A stretch of DNA of 64,000 bases from assembly GCA_022823235.1 (NCBI GenBank), contig JAJDXO010000045.1:13702-77701 (forward strand), given 5' to 3'. The notes under the pieces were generated by a model that saw only the letters and a list, made by a program, of their open reading frames with translations, made no database searches and was not told the DNA's origin. The stretch comes from Rhodospirillales bacterium (GTDB taxonomy: Bacteria > Pseudomonadota > Alphaproteobacteria > Rhodospirillales > UBA2165). Shown here piece after piece: positions 47,271 to 57,410 of the stretch (the stretch's first letter is position 1; each line of letters opens with the position of its first letter). The position numbers and the translations under genes were made by a program.

Positions 47271-47319
47271 CCGGAATAACCGCCCAACCAGGTCGCGAAA
47301 TCGGGGGTATATTTTTGTT

Positions 47320-48165
47320 ATGGCATCGAAGCCCATCATCGCGGTTCTCTTGATCCTTGTCCTCGCCGGTTGCTCCAGCCTGCGGCTGGCGTATTTTGGT
47401 CTGGACGTCGCCGCTCGGAACCAGGTGGCGTTCTATCTGGATCTGAAAGACGAAGACGAGCGCCTGTTCGCCGATGCGGCGATGGATCGCGTTCTCGGCT
47501 GGCACCAGCTGGAAATGCTTCCCCGCTACGCCGCGTTTCTCCGTAAGCAGGCGGGTGTTTTGGACGCCGGAGATGTCAGCCGTGAACAGGTAATGGCCGC
47601 CATGCGGCAAATCCGCGCGCTATATGAGGAGACCGTAAGGGGTGCAACCGCCGAGGGCTCCCTGGTGCTGAAGCGCCATGCAAGCGAACCCCGCCGAGGA
47701 TACCTGAAAGCTCGATTCGACGAAAAGAACACGGAGCGCGAAGAGAGATTGGCCGAACCGATAACGGAACGGATCGAAAGACGCGCCGAACGGCAGATCG
47801 GGAACATCGAGCGGTTTCTGGGGGAGCTTTCCCGCGAGCAGCGGGATCGTGTCCGCGCCTATGCCTCGGCGACCGCCGGCGGCTCGTCCGTTTGGCTGAG
47901 CGCCCGGAAATCGCGGGAAAAGGCATTATTGGCCTACCTGGCGACAGATCCGGAGACCGGCGACCTGAAGCGGTATCTGGACAAGGTCCTGTTGGCCCCG
48001 GACGAAAACATGGCGCCCGGCTATCGCCAATTCGTCGCCGGGCGAACCGAACGGTTTGGCCGGCTGATGTTCGATATCATTTCGTCGCTCACCAAAGATC
48101 AGCGCAAAACCGCCGCCAACCGCCTCCGGGGTTATGCCGACGAGTTGCTGGCGATCTCCAGCTAA
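47320..48165 (+). CDS. Putative lipoprotein, unknown function
   Basis: Start at MASKPIIAVLLILVLAGCSS (lipobox LAGC). 281 aa, helical and charged. I cannot name the family with confidence. Confidence 0.6.
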   Translation: MASKPIIAVLLILVLAGCSSLRLAYFGLDVAARNQVAFYLDLKDEDERLFADAAMDRVLGWHQLEMLPRYAAFLRKQAGVLDAGDVSREQVMAAMRQIRALYEETVRGATAEGSLVLKRHASEPRRGYLKARFDEKNTEREERLAEPITERIERRAERQIGNIERFLGELSREQRDRVRAYASATAGGSSVWLSARKSREKALLAYLATDPETGDLKRYLDKVLLAPDENMAPGYRQFVAGRTERFGRLMFDIISSLTKDQRKTAANRLRGYADELLAISS

Positions 48166-49295
48166 AGCAGACGTTTCTTGAGCTGTGCCATGATGATGGG
48201 CGCGCCGGCGACGATGAACAGAAACCTGACCAACTGGTGAGTGATGACGAACGTCACCTCGATTCCGAGGGCGAAGCCGATCAACGCCATTTCGACAAAA
48301 CCGCCCGGCGCGTAACCGAGGATCAATGCCTGCGGCTCCAGCCCGGAAATGGGACCGGCGGCCAAGGCCATCAACAACGCCAACACCACCATCGACGTCC
48401 CGGCAATGCTGCCATGGACGAGATATACGCCAACCTCTCGTACTTTCACCCCGTTGTACATGGCGCCGACGCTGGTCCCGATTATCAACTGCGCCGCTGC
48501 CATCGGCTCATCCGGCATCGGTGAAGACACCACCCCGGCGAGTGACAGCGCCCCGACGGCAAGGAGCGGCCCCATGAGCGTAGGTGATGGGAGACGCAGT
48601 CTCCCCGCCAACGGGATCGCGGCGACGGAAGCAAGCAACCAAATAACCGCGTCCAGCGGAGCCACATCGTCAAAATGGGCGTCGGTCCCCGCGGAACCGG
48701 TCGGCTCATACCCGGCAAACAGTCTGAATGAAACGGGAATGAGGATGACGACGCCGGCGAGCCGGGAAATCTGCATCAGCGATATAATTCGCTCATCACC
48801 GCCGAAGCTCCCGCCGATGATCGTCATCGGCAATACGCCACCGGGCATGGCTGAAAAGTAGGCCGTCACCGGTTCATAGCCGGCCACCCTGTGGTAGTAG
48901 AGGAACATCGCCGCGCCGGTGACGATGACATAGATCACCACGCCGGCGCTGCTGATCATCCAGGTTTGCATCTGCTGGGCAATATCCGGAGGTATGCCGG
49001 CCCCGAACATGATCCCCATGACGATGAACATGGACGAGCGCAGCCACGTCGGAATCCACACCCTAACCCCGGACATGGCCGCGACCGCCGTCACGACCAT
49101 CGGACCCAGCATCCAGGGAAGCGGCAGGGTCAGATGGACGGCGACGGCTGCCCCGATCGCCCCCAACAGCATGGCGAGGGCCAACGGCCGCCATTTTTCG
49201 CGCAGTTCATTCAGAGCGTTGGAAACGGGAATCGGCAATGGCGGAGTTCGGTTCTCTGGATTGGGGATCAACTCCCTAGCCCGCATCGTCGGCAA
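48162..49295 (-). CDS. AbrB-family membrane protein (duplicated AbrB/putative ammonia-monooxygenase-like domain)
   Basis: 377 aa, about 10 hydrophobic segments with an internal duplication pattern. LPLPWMLGPMVV is typical of this family. It overlaps the convergent lipoprotein gene by 4 nt. Confidence 0.6.
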   Translation of the reverse strand: MPTMRARELIPNPENRTPPLPIPVSNALNELREKWRPLALAMLLGAIGAAVAVHLTLPLPWMLGPMVVTAVAAMSGVRVWIPTWLRSSMFIVMGIMFGAGIPPDIAQQMQTWMISSAGVVIYVIVTGAAMFLYYHRVAGYEPVTAYFSAMPGGVLPMTIIGGSFGGDERIISLMQISRLAGVVILIPVSFRLFAGYEPTGSAGTDAHFDDVAPLDAVIWLLASVAAIPLAGRLRLPSPTLMGPLLAVGALSLAGVVSSPMPDEPMAAAQLIIGTSVGAMYNGVKVREVGVYLVHGSIAGTSMVVLALLMALAAGPISGLEPQALILGYAPGGFVEMALIGFALGIEVTFVITHQLVRFLFIVAGAPIIMAQLKKRLL

Positions 49296-49420
49296 GGTCC
49301 ACCCCCGCCTGAATTTCCCCGTCTGGCATATAGGACTTGATTTGGATTAAGATCGAACCAAGCCCGCCCTGCTAAAATGCGGGTAGTGACAGACATTTAC
49401 GGCCGCGAGGGAGGTCACCG

Positions 49421-51052
49421 ATGACCAATCCGTACGATCAACTCGACCGGGTCGAGGCGAATTTTGTCCCGATTTCTCCGCTGAGTTTTTTGCGGCGCGC
49501 GGCGCGCGTATTCCCAAGTCACCCTGCCGTCGTCCACGGCGAACGGACGTACAGCTACGCGGAGACGTTCGCCCGCTGCCGACAGTTGGCCTCGGCCTTG
49601 GAACGCGCGGGTATCGGCAAAGGCGATACCGTCGCGGCGATGTGCACCAACACCCCCGAGATTTATGAGGCCCACTACGGAGTCCCCGTAACCGGCGCCG
49701 TGCTCAATGCCATCAACACCCGGCTGGAGGCCGACACCATCGCGTACATTCTGGATCATGGCGAGGCCAAGGTGCTGATCACCGACCGCGAGTATTCCGC
49801 GGTGATCAAGGAAGCGCTCGGCAAAGCCAAGGTCGAGCCGCGGGTCATCGACGTGAACGACGTCCTGGCGCCCGAGGGCGAAATGCTCGGTGACGAGGAC
49901 TATGAAAGCTTCATCGGCGGCGGCGACGAGGGATATGGGTGGAAACTGCCGGACAACGAATGGAACGCCATCTCTCTCAACTACACGTCCGGCACGACAG
50001 GCAACCCGAAGGGTGTCGTCTGCCACCACCGCGGCGCATACATGAATGCCATCGGCAATGCCATGGCCTGGAACATGACGCAGAATCCCAACTACCTGTG
50101 GACCCTGCCCATGTTCCACTGCAATGGCTGGTGCTTCCCGTGGACGCTGGCCGCATATGGCGGGACCTCGTTCTGCCTCAGAAACGTCGAAGCGAAAGCC
50201 ATCTATGCCTCTATCGCCGATCAGGGCGTCGACCATCTTTGCGGCGCACCGATCGTTCTCGGCATGATCGTCAACGCTTCGGATGACGAGAAGCGGGAGT
50301 TTGACCATCTCGTCAAGGTGATGACCGCCGGGGCCGCACCGCCTGCCGCCGTGCTCGAGAAAATGGAGGCCGGTGGATTTGAGGTTACCCACGCCTATGG
50401 CCTTACGGAAGTATACGGCCCAGCCACGGTCTGCGCCTGGCACGATGAATGGAACGAGCTGAGCGCCGAGGAGCAGGCAGACCTCCGCTCCCGCCAAGGC
50501 GTCCCTTATGTCGTGTCCGAGGAACTGACGGTGATCGATCCTGAAAATATGGAGCCTGTCCCCGCGGACGGCGAAACCATGGGCGAGGTCATGTTCCAGG
50601 GCAACAACGTGATGAAGGGGTATCTGAAAAACCCCGAAGCCACCTCGGAGGCCTTCGCCGGCGGCTACTTCCACTCCGGTGACCTGGGCGTGATGCACTC
50701 GGACGGCTACATCGAACTGCGCGACCGGTCCAAGGACATCATCATCTCGGGCGGCGAGAACATTTCATCCATCGAGGTGGAAAACATGCTTTACAAGCAC
50801 CCGGCGGTCCTTGCCGTGGCCGTCGTCGCCAAGCCTGACGAGAGGTGGGGCGAAACGCCATGCGCGTTCGTGGAACTGAAACCGGACGCCGGAGAGGTGA
50901 GCGCCCGGGAAATCATCGATTTTGCCCGGGACAATCTGGCCCATTTCAAGTGTCCCCGCTACGTGGTGTTCGGCGAATTGCCAAAAACATCGACCGGCAA
51001 AATCCAAAAGTTCGTGCTTCGAGGCCGAGTGGACGAAGCCGCCGCGCCTTAG
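49421..51052 (+). CDS. Acyl-CoA synthetase (AMP-forming, medium-chain type)
   Basis: 543 aa. AMP-binding signature LNYTSGTTGNPKGV, plus YGLTE and GDLGVMHSDGYIELRDRSKDIIISGGENISS. Confidence 0.88.
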   Translation: MTNPYDQLDRVEANFVPISPLSFLRRAARVFPSHPAVVHGERTYSYAETFARCRQLASALERAGIGKGDTVAAMCTNTPEIYEAHYGVPVTGAVLNAINTRLEADTIAYILDHGEAKVLITDREYSAVIKEALGKAKVEPRVIDVNDVLAPEGEMLGDEDYESFIGGGDEGYGWKLPDNEWNAISLNYTSGTTGNPKGVVCHHRGAYMNAIGNAMAWNMTQNPNYLWTLPMFHCNGWCFPWTLAAYGGTSFCLRNVEAKAIYASIADQGVDHLCGAPIVLGMIVNASDDEKREFDHLVKVMTAGAAPPAAVLEKMEAGGFEVTHAYGLTEVYGPATVCAWHDEWNELSAEEQADLRSRQGVPYVVSEELTVIDPENMEPVPADGETMGEVMFQGNNVMKGYLKNPEATSEAFAGGYFHSGDLGVMHSDGYIELRDRSKDIIISGGENISSIEVENMLYKHPAVLAVAVVAKPDERWGETPCAFVELKPDAGEVSAREIIDFARDNLAHFKCPRYVVFGELPKTSTGKIQKFVLRGRVDEAAAP

Positions 51053-51828
51053 GGCTTACCGTCGCTGATATCGTGGATGACGGCCAGGGTCTCGTCGAAC
51101 CAGTCGGGATCCGGGAGTTCGGCATAAGCGCGGCGGAGCGCCAAACTCCAGCGATCGCGGATGTCGGAGAAGTAGGCGTCGTCCTCGTCCAGGGTCCGGC
51201 GAAGCCGGGTGCGGCGGGCGCCGTCTTCGTACACCAGAAGATCGACCGGAAATCCGACCGATAAATTGCTTCGAAGGGTCGAGTCCATGGACACCAGCGC
51301 GAGCTTGGTCGCGTCTTTCAGGGACATGCCAGAGGTTACGGCGCGGTCGAGAATGGGCTTGCCGTATTTGTGCTCACCGATTTGCAGGAACGGCGTGTCC
51401 TCGGAAGCCTGAATAAAATTCCCCTCGGCATATATCTGGAACAATCGCGTCCGCCCGCCGGCCACCTGACCGCCGAGGAGGAAGGACGCGTTGAATTCCT
51501 GATCGTGCCGCTCGAGAGCTTTTCCGTCGGCCTCGTAAACATCGCGGATTGCCGAGCCCACCAGCCGGGCCGCCCGGAACATGCTGGTGACGCCGAACAG
51601 GCCGCCGTCTCCCCGATTATCCGGCCCGTTCCATTCTTCGATCAAATTGACCACCGCCTGGGAGATGGCAAGATTTCCCGCAGACAACAGACAGAAAACA
51701 CGATCGCCGGGACGCTCCCAGACGGTCATTTTGCGGTAGGTCGCGATGTTGTCCACGCCCGCATTCGTCCGCGAATCCGACAGCATCACCAGCCCCTTGT
51801 CGACCAGCACCCCAACGCAGTACGTCAT
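51049..51828 (-). CDS. Anbu (ancestral beta-subunit) proteasome-type Ntn peptidase
   Basis: 259 aa starting MTYCVGVLVD..., with Thr directly after the initiator Met as in Ntn hydrolases. It is the last gene of the ATP-grasp/alpha-E/transglutaminase operon, which is the defining Anbu context. Confidence 0.75.
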   Translation of the reverse strand: MTYCVGVLVDKGLVMLSDSRTNAGVDNIATYRKMTVWERPGDRVFCLLSAGNLAISQAVVNLIEEWNGPDNRGDGGLFGVTSMFRAARLVGSAIRDVYEADGKALERHDQEFNASFLLGGQVAGGRTRLFQIYAEGNFIQASEDTPFLQIGEHKYGKPILDRAVTSGMSLKDATKLALVSMDSTLRSNLSVGFPVDLLVYEDGARRTRLRRTLDEDDAYFSDIRDRWSLALRRAYAELPDPDWFDETLAVIHDISDGKP

Positions 51829-51870
51829 CTTCGATTTCCCCGCATAACCACTCCCGGGAACACCGCTGGC

Positions 51871-52680
51871 TTATTGAGCGGCGCTTACCTGCACCTGAAC
51901 CTGCATCTGCTCGTCGGCGGACCCCGACCGCAGTCCCCGGACAGGCGCCGCATCAAGATAGTCCCGACCGACAGCAACCCGGACGTGAGCATCGGTCGGA
52001 CATATGCGGTTTGCAACATCAAATCCAACCCATCCCAAATCGCCGACAAACAATTCCGCCCACGCGTGGCCGGCGTCAAAGGGCCCGGCGCTTCCTTCGC
52101 TCCACAAGTAGCCGCTCACGTAGCGGGCGGGCACCTCTAGGGCGCGGGCGCAGGCAATGAACACGTGCGCGTGGTCTTGGCAAACACCGGCGCCGGCGGC
52201 AATCGCCTCGGCGGCGGTATGGGCCGCATCGGTGGCGCCGGTCTCGTAGTCGACGGCGTCACGGACCAGGCCCATGAGCCGGTGCCCGAGATCCAGATCT
52301 CCATCTGCACCGCGTTTCGCTTGCCGGGCCAAGCCGTGAATCGCCTCGTTCGCTTCGGTGAGGCCGGTTGGCCTGAGATAAAACAGGGGCCGAAAGCGCT
52401 CAATGGCGCCGGAGAGCACGCCGTTCGTATCCTGGGTGCGAACCTCGCCCGACGCCCGGATGGTGACGTGGGAATGGTCTCCGACGGTCGTCAGCGTGTG
52501 CACCAGATTGCCGAAACCGTCCTCCCCCGACGAGGCCGGGGAACGCCCGCCTCCGACAATGTTCCAGCGAAGCACCGACTGCCCGCTGGAAATGCAGGGT
52601 GTCAACCTGAGCGTTTGGATCGAGTAGTTGACCGGCTGGTCGTAGCGGTACGTGGTCTCGTGGGAAATGACGATATCCAT
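51871..52680 (-). CDS. Transglutaminase-like cysteine protease family protein
   Basis: 269 aa. N-terminal bacterial transglutaminase-N pattern (ISHETTYRYDQPV). Catalytic core GVCQDHAHVF ... GHAWAE ... D. Confidence 0.82.
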   Translation of the reverse strand: MDIVISHETTYRYDQPVNYSIQTLRLTPCISSGQSVLRWNIVGGGRSPASSGEDGFGNLVHTLTTVGDHSHVTIRASGEVRTQDTNGVLSGAIERFRPLFYLRPTGLTEANEAIHGLARQAKRGADGDLDLGHRLMGLVRDAVDYETGATDAAHTAAEAIAAGAGVCQDHAHVFIACARALEVPARYVSGYLWSEGSAGPFDAGHAWAELFVGDLGWVGFDVANRICPTDAHVRVAVGRDYLDAAPVRGLRSGSADEQMQVQVQVSAAQ

Positions 52681-52684
52681 CGGC

Positions 52685-53620
52685 TCAGTCCAGATAATCC
52701 CGTTGAATCTGGCGCCCCAGTCGATTGTTGCGCTGAATGAAATCGGTCAGGAACTCGTGGAGACCGCGCTGGAAAATGTCCTCGGCGGGCTGGTAGGCCA
52801 GATCGGCATGAAGCGCCTTTGCCATTCTCAAACATTCCTTCCGCTCCCCGTACATGTCGGACAGCCGCTCCAGGTATTCGGTGAGCCCCACGAGACAGGA
52901 AAGAAGCGAACGGGGCACTTCGGCGCGGAGGATCAGCATTTCCGCGATCCGCCAAGGCTGTAGCGCACACCGATAGAGATTGTGATAGGCCCTGTTGGCT
53001 GTCACCGCCCTCAGCAACGCGCTCCACTGATAGAAGTCGAGGGTCCCGCCCACATCCTCGTATTCGGGCAGCAGGAGGTGGTACTTCACATCCAGTAGCC
53101 GGGCGGTGTTGTCGGCACGCTCCAACAGCATTCCCATCATGACGAAGAAATACGCATCGTTGCGAAGCATGGTGCTGGTCGTCGCGCCGACAAACTGGGT
53201 AGACCGGTCTTTGATCCAATCCAGATAATCCAGCACCCCGGCGCCGGACTCGGCCGAGTACCGGCGGGAATGCAATTCAAGCCATGTGCCGTTCAGTGAC
53301 TGCCACATGGCGGTCGTCAGGGAGACGCGAACGGCGCGGCCATTGCTCCGTGCGTTTTCGAGACACCAAGGAATCGAATAGGGGTTGTCGTTCCGAATTC
53401 CGATGAATTCGATGACGTTTTGGGCACCCGCGGTCTCGTATTCCCGGTCGAAGGCGTCGGTGCAGCCGGCAATGGCCAAGGTCGATGCCCACTCGGACCC
53501 GTCGGCGCTGGCCGGCATGATCGACAACCGGTGGCCGACTTCGAGCAACCTCGCCAGATTTTCTGCCCGCTCGATGTAACGGGACATCCAAAAGAGATTG
53601 TCGGCGGTGCGGCTCAGCAT
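52685..53620 (-). CDS. Alpha-E domain protein
   Basis: 311 aa starting MLSRTADNLFWMSRYIERAENLARLL, the hallmark alpha-E N-terminus. Confidence 0.82.
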   Translation of the reverse strand: MLSRTADNLFWMSRYIERAENLARLLEVGHRLSIMPASADGSEWASTLAIAGCTDAFDREYETAGAQNVIEFIGIRNDNPYSIPWCLENARSNGRAVRVSLTTAMWQSLNGTWLELHSRRYSAESGAGVLDYLDWIKDRSTQFVGATTSTMLRNDAYFFVMMGMLLERADNTARLLDVKYHLLLPEYEDVGGTLDFYQWSALLRAVTANRAYHNLYRCALQPWRIAEMLILRAEVPRSLLSCLVGLTEYLERLSDMYGERKECLRMAKALHADLAYQPAEDIFQRGLHEFLTDFIQRNNRLGRQIQRDYLD

Positions 53621-53627
53621 AACGGGA

Positions 53628-55046
53628 TCATTCGTTCAGCACCCATGTATCCTTGGTGCCGCCGCCTTGGCTCGAGTTGACCACAAGAGAGCCCTCTTCG
53701 AGGGCGACCCGGGTCAACCCGCCGGGAACAATCTTGGTCTCGCTGCCGACGAGGATGAAAGGGCGGAGATCCACGTGACGCGGGGCGACGCCGCTCTCCA
53801 CGAACGTGGGGACAGTGGAAAGGGCTAATGTCGGTTGGGCGATAAACCGGTCCGGATCGGCGCGCAACCGCTCGGCATAGGCGGTGATCTCATCCTTGGT
53901 CGCCGCGGGGCCAACCAGCATGCCGTAGCCGCCGGACCCGTGCACCTCCTTCACGACCAGGTCCTTCAGGTTGTCCAGGGTAAAGGCGAGGTCCTCCGGC
54001 TCGGAGCACCGATAGGTCGGCACGTTGTTCAGGATCGGCTCTTCGGAAAGATAGAACCGGATCAAATCCGGCACATAGGTGTAGACGGACTTGTCGTCGG
54101 CGATGCCGGCCCCGACGGCATTCGCTAGTACAATATTCCCGGCGCGGTAGGCGGTCATGATCCCCGGCACGCCGAGCACCGAATCCGGATTGAACGCCAA
54201 TGGGTCGATATAGGGGTCGTCGATCCGGCGATAGATGACGTCGATCCGTTTCGGACCCTGGGTCGTCCGCATGTAGACGATGTTGTCGGCGACGAACAGA
54301 TCCTGTCCCTCGACCAGATCGACACCCATTTCATCCGCAAGAAACGAGTGTTCGTAGTAGGCGCTGTTGTACCGGCCGGGCGTCAGAACGACGGTGGTAG
54401 CGTCGCCCTCCGCGGCAGGGGGTGCAACGGACACCAACGTCGAAAGGAGTTCTTCCGGGTAATGATCGACGGGCCGGACGGAATAGCTCCGGAACAGGTC
54501 GGGAAACAACCGCATGACCATCTCACGGTTCTCCAACATGTAGGAGACGCCGGAGGGCGTCCGAACATTGTCCTCCAAAACGTAAAACTCGTCCGGGCCG
54601 ACCCGCACCAGATCGATGCCGGCAATATGGGTGTAGACGCCGCCCGGCACCCGCAGACCCTGCATTTGCGGCTCATAGGCATCGTTGAGCAGGACAAGCG
54701 AGGGATCAATGATGCCTTCATCCAGGGCCCGCTGTTCCCCATAGACGTCGCAGAGGAACATATTCAGTGCCCTGACCCGCTGATTGAGGCCGCGACTCAT
54801 CAATTCCCATTCCGCGGCGCTGATCAGCCGGGGAATGACATCGAACGGGATGATGCGCTCGGTGCCGCCGCCCTCGCCGTACACGGCAAAGGTTATGCCG
54901 CTCTTGCGATAGAGAAGTTCGGTCTCCTCCCTTTTGAGCGCCATCACGTCGGCCGGCGTTCGGTCGAGCCAATCCTGAACCCCCCGGTACAGGTCCCGGA
55001 CCGCCCCGCCGCCGTCCTGCATCTCGTTGAACGGCTCCTTGGTCAT
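53628..55046 (-). CDS. Circularly permuted type-2 ATP-grasp protein
   Basis: 472 aa. Its position directly upstream of the alpha-E gene, its length and its sequence pattern (VLKPVHGSGGYG-like KEVHGSGGYGMLVGP) fit this family. Confidence 0.78.
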   Translation of the reverse strand: MTKEPFNEMQDGGGAVRDLYRGVQDWLDRTPADVMALKREETELLYRKSGITFAVYGEGGGTERIIPFDVIPRLISAAEWELMSRGLNQRVRALNMFLCDVYGEQRALDEGIIDPSLVLLNDAYEPQMQGLRVPGGVYTHIAGIDLVRVGPDEFYVLEDNVRTPSGVSYMLENREMVMRLFPDLFRSYSVRPVDHYPEELLSTLVSVAPPAAEGDATTVVLTPGRYNSAYYEHSFLADEMGVDLVEGQDLFVADNIVYMRTTQGPKRIDVIYRRIDDPYIDPLAFNPDSVLGVPGIMTAYRAGNIVLANAVGAGIADDKSVYTYVPDLIRFYLSEEPILNNVPTYRCSEPEDLAFTLDNLKDLVVKEVHGSGGYGMLVGPAATKDEITAYAERLRADPDRFIAQPTLALSTVPTFVESGVAPRHVDLRPFILVGSETKIVPGGLTRVALEEGSLVVNSSQGGGTKDTWVLNE

Positions 55047-55100
55047 GGCTCAAATCATAACAGCATTACCGGGTGCGCAAAGATTGGGCCGGCCACGTCT

Positions 55101-55256
55101 TCAGGCGGGAATTACGGCCTCCCGGCGGCCGTTCTCCACAAGGCGATGCCAGTTTCCGCCGTCACGAAGACGCCCTATCCCGCCGCAACGGGTGTGTCCC
55201 AAGACCACGATGTGATCGACTTCGAGATCGGACACGGCAATTTCCAGGGCGGCGGT
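55101..55256 (-). pseudogene. Relic fragment of a beta-class carbonic anhydrase gene
   Basis: My own minus-strand translation: ...TAALEIAVSDLEVDHIVVLGHTRCGGIGRLRDGGNWHRLVENGRREAVIPA*. LE.AV..L.V.HI.V.GH..CGG is the beta-CA zinc-site motif. No N-terminal half exists because tctA occupies the upstream DNA, and the frame ends prematurely. Confidence 0.45.
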
Positions 55257-55275
55257 TGATGGGCATTGGTCCCGA

Positions 55276-56799
55276 TTAGTCGCCGTCGGCCACGCCCCTC
55301 CGGCGCCACATGGCCAATTGCTGCCGGAACGACGGCAGAAAGATCAGCACGACCGCCAGGATCAGCAGAATCAAGGTCATCGGCCGTTCCCACATGAAAC
55401 TGACGCCGTCGGTCAAGCTCATCGCCCGGGCAAAATTGTCCTCGAGCAACTGGCCCAGAATGAACCCGATCAGCATCGGCGCCAGCGGAAAACCGGCAAA
55501 CCGCATGATGGTGGCAACCAGTCCCATTCCCGTCAGCAACAGCAGCTCGGTTGCATTGTTCTGCCCGATATAGCTGCCCATCATGGTGAAGAACAAAATG
55601 AACGGAATCAGGTAGTTCCTTGGGATCTGCAGAAGCTTCGCGATGTAGGGAATCAGCGGCAGATTGAGAATCAACAGAACCACGTTGCCGATATACATGG
55701 AGATGATCACCGCCCAGAAAATGGACGGGTTGTCGACCATCAGCCGCGGACCCGGCGTCACGTTGAGCGCGATCAGGGCGCCCAGCAAAATCGCCGTCGT
55801 GCCCGAGCCTGGAATACCAAGGGTCAAAAGCGGCACGAACGATCCGGTGCAGGCCGCGTTGTTGGCGGTCTCGGGCGCGGCGAGGCCTTTGACCGAGCCC
55901 TTGCCGAACTCCTTCTGGTCCTCGCCCTTGGCGATGTTCCGCTCCACCGCGTAGCCGAGAAAAGAGGCGATCGTCGCGCCGGCGCCGGGCATCACCCCGA
56001 TCAGGAAACCCTGAATGGACTGCCTGCCGATCACCGGGGTGATTTTTTTGGCTTCCTCCCGGGTGATCCGCAAATCCTTGATCTCGCCACCCTCGCCGTC
56101 CTTTCCGGTGTTGGAGCGGGCGGGGTTGAGCACCAGATACAGCGCTTCGGGCAAGGCAAACAGGGCCATGGCCAGTGTGATGAAGCTGATGCCGCTCTGC
56201 AGATCCTGGATACCCATGGTGAAGCGGGGCGCATTGAACTGGGCGCTTTCGCCGACCGTCGCCAGCATCACGCCCAGGACGGTCATCATCAGCGCCTTGG
56301 CGACCTGGCCCGATCCCGCGAACGCCGCGATCGCGGACAAGCCGACGACCATGAGGGCAAAATACTCCGCCGAGTGAAAGAGCAGCGCAACCGATGCCAA
56401 GGCGGGTGCGAATCCCATGAGCAGGATGGCCCCCACCGTTCCGCCGGCAAAGGAGCCGATCGCGGCGATGGTCAGCGCCTTTCCGGCCTTGCCCTGCCGC
56501 GCCATCGGATAGCCGTCGAATGAGGTTGCGACGGTGCCCGCGACCCCCGGCGCGTTAATCAATATCGAAGAGGTGGAGCCGCCGAAAATGGCGCCATAGT
56601 AAACCCCGGCCAATAGGATAAGCGCCGCGGACGGATCGCCGATCTTGATGGCGACGGGGATCATGATGGCGATTATCGACATGGGGCCGAGCCCCGGAAG
56701 CATGCCGATCAAAGTGCCGATGAGGCACCCGGCGATGACCATGATCAGGTTCTGAAGCGTCAGAGCGGTGGTAACGCCCGCAAGAATTCCCTCGAGCAT
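55276..56799 (-). CDS. tctA: Tripartite tricarboxylate transporter large permease TctA
   Basis: 507 aa, polytopic, with a typical TctA N-terminus (LQNLIMVIAGCLIGTLIGMLPGLGP). Confidence 0.88.
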   Translation of the reverse strand: MLEGILAGVTTALTLQNLIMVIAGCLIGTLIGMLPGLGPMSIIAIMIPVAIKIGDPSAALILLAGVYYGAIFGGSTSSILINAPGVAGTVATSFDGYPMARQGKAGKALTIAAIGSFAGGTVGAILLMGFAPALASVALLFHSAEYFALMVVGLSAIAAFAGSGQVAKALMMTVLGVMLATVGESAQFNAPRFTMGIQDLQSGISFITLAMALFALPEALYLVLNPARSNTGKDGEGGEIKDLRITREEAKKITPVIGRQSIQGFLIGVMPGAGATIASFLGYAVERNIAKGEDQKEFGKGSVKGLAAPETANNAACTGSFVPLLTLGIPGSGTTAILLGALIALNVTPGPRLMVDNPSIFWAVIISMYIGNVVLLILNLPLIPYIAKLLQIPRNYLIPFILFFTMMGSYIGQNNATELLLLTGMGLVATIMRFAGFPLAPMLIGFILGQLLEDNFARAMSLTDGVSFMWERPMTLILLILAVVLIFLPSFRQQLAMWRRRGVADGD

Positions 56800-56802
56800 G
56801 GC

Positions 56803-57300
56803 TTATGCCCCGCCGTAGATGAACCAGGGCCAGGGGCGGAGGAAGATGCCGAGAACCTGTTCCACCAAGTACCAGATGAAGAAAGCCGCCACGGCGGCAA
56901 TCGGGACCATCAGCTTGTAGTTCCTTTCACCCAGCACGTATCCGCCCAGGCAGATGAACAGCGTCGTCGCGGCAAGAAATCCAATCGGCCTCAGCAGCAG
57001 CGCGTACGCGACCATGAGAACGAGCAGCGCGATTGCCTGACCCAGTTTGTACTGCCTGAGATTGCGAACATCGATCTCACCGGGATCGATCTCGCCCGCC
57101 TCCTTCGGAACCGACTGAACGATGACGATCAGGCCGATGAATGCCCCGAGTATGCTCAGCCATTTCGGCATGGTGTTGGGCAGGAAGGTCAAATTGCGTT
57201 CAAACGGCAACAGGCCTGCCTCCATGGTCACAAAGGCGGTGTAACCGTAAATCACGCAGATCAGGACAAAGATTCCGGCAATGGCGCGATCGAGTGTCAC
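56803..57300 (-). CDS. tctB: Tripartite tricarboxylate transporter small subunit TctB
   Basis: 165 aa with four helices, located between tctC and tctA. Confidence 0.8.
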   Translation of the reverse strand: MTLDRAIAGIFVLICVIYGYTAFVTMEAGLLPFERNLTFLPNTMPKWLSILGAFIGLIVIVQSVPKEAGEIDPGEIDVRNLRQYKLGQAIALLVLMVAYALLLRPIGFLAATTLFICLGGYVLGERNYKLMVPIAAVAAFFIWYLVEQVLGIFLRPWPWFIYGGA

Positions 57301-57410
57301 GGCGCAGTCCCCCTATTGCGAGCCCTCGCGATGGCCCGCGTTTCCCTTGGCGTCGTTCCGCCGGGAATTCGCACCGAGGCCCCGTACGACGAAGCCCCGG
57401 CGCAACTCGG

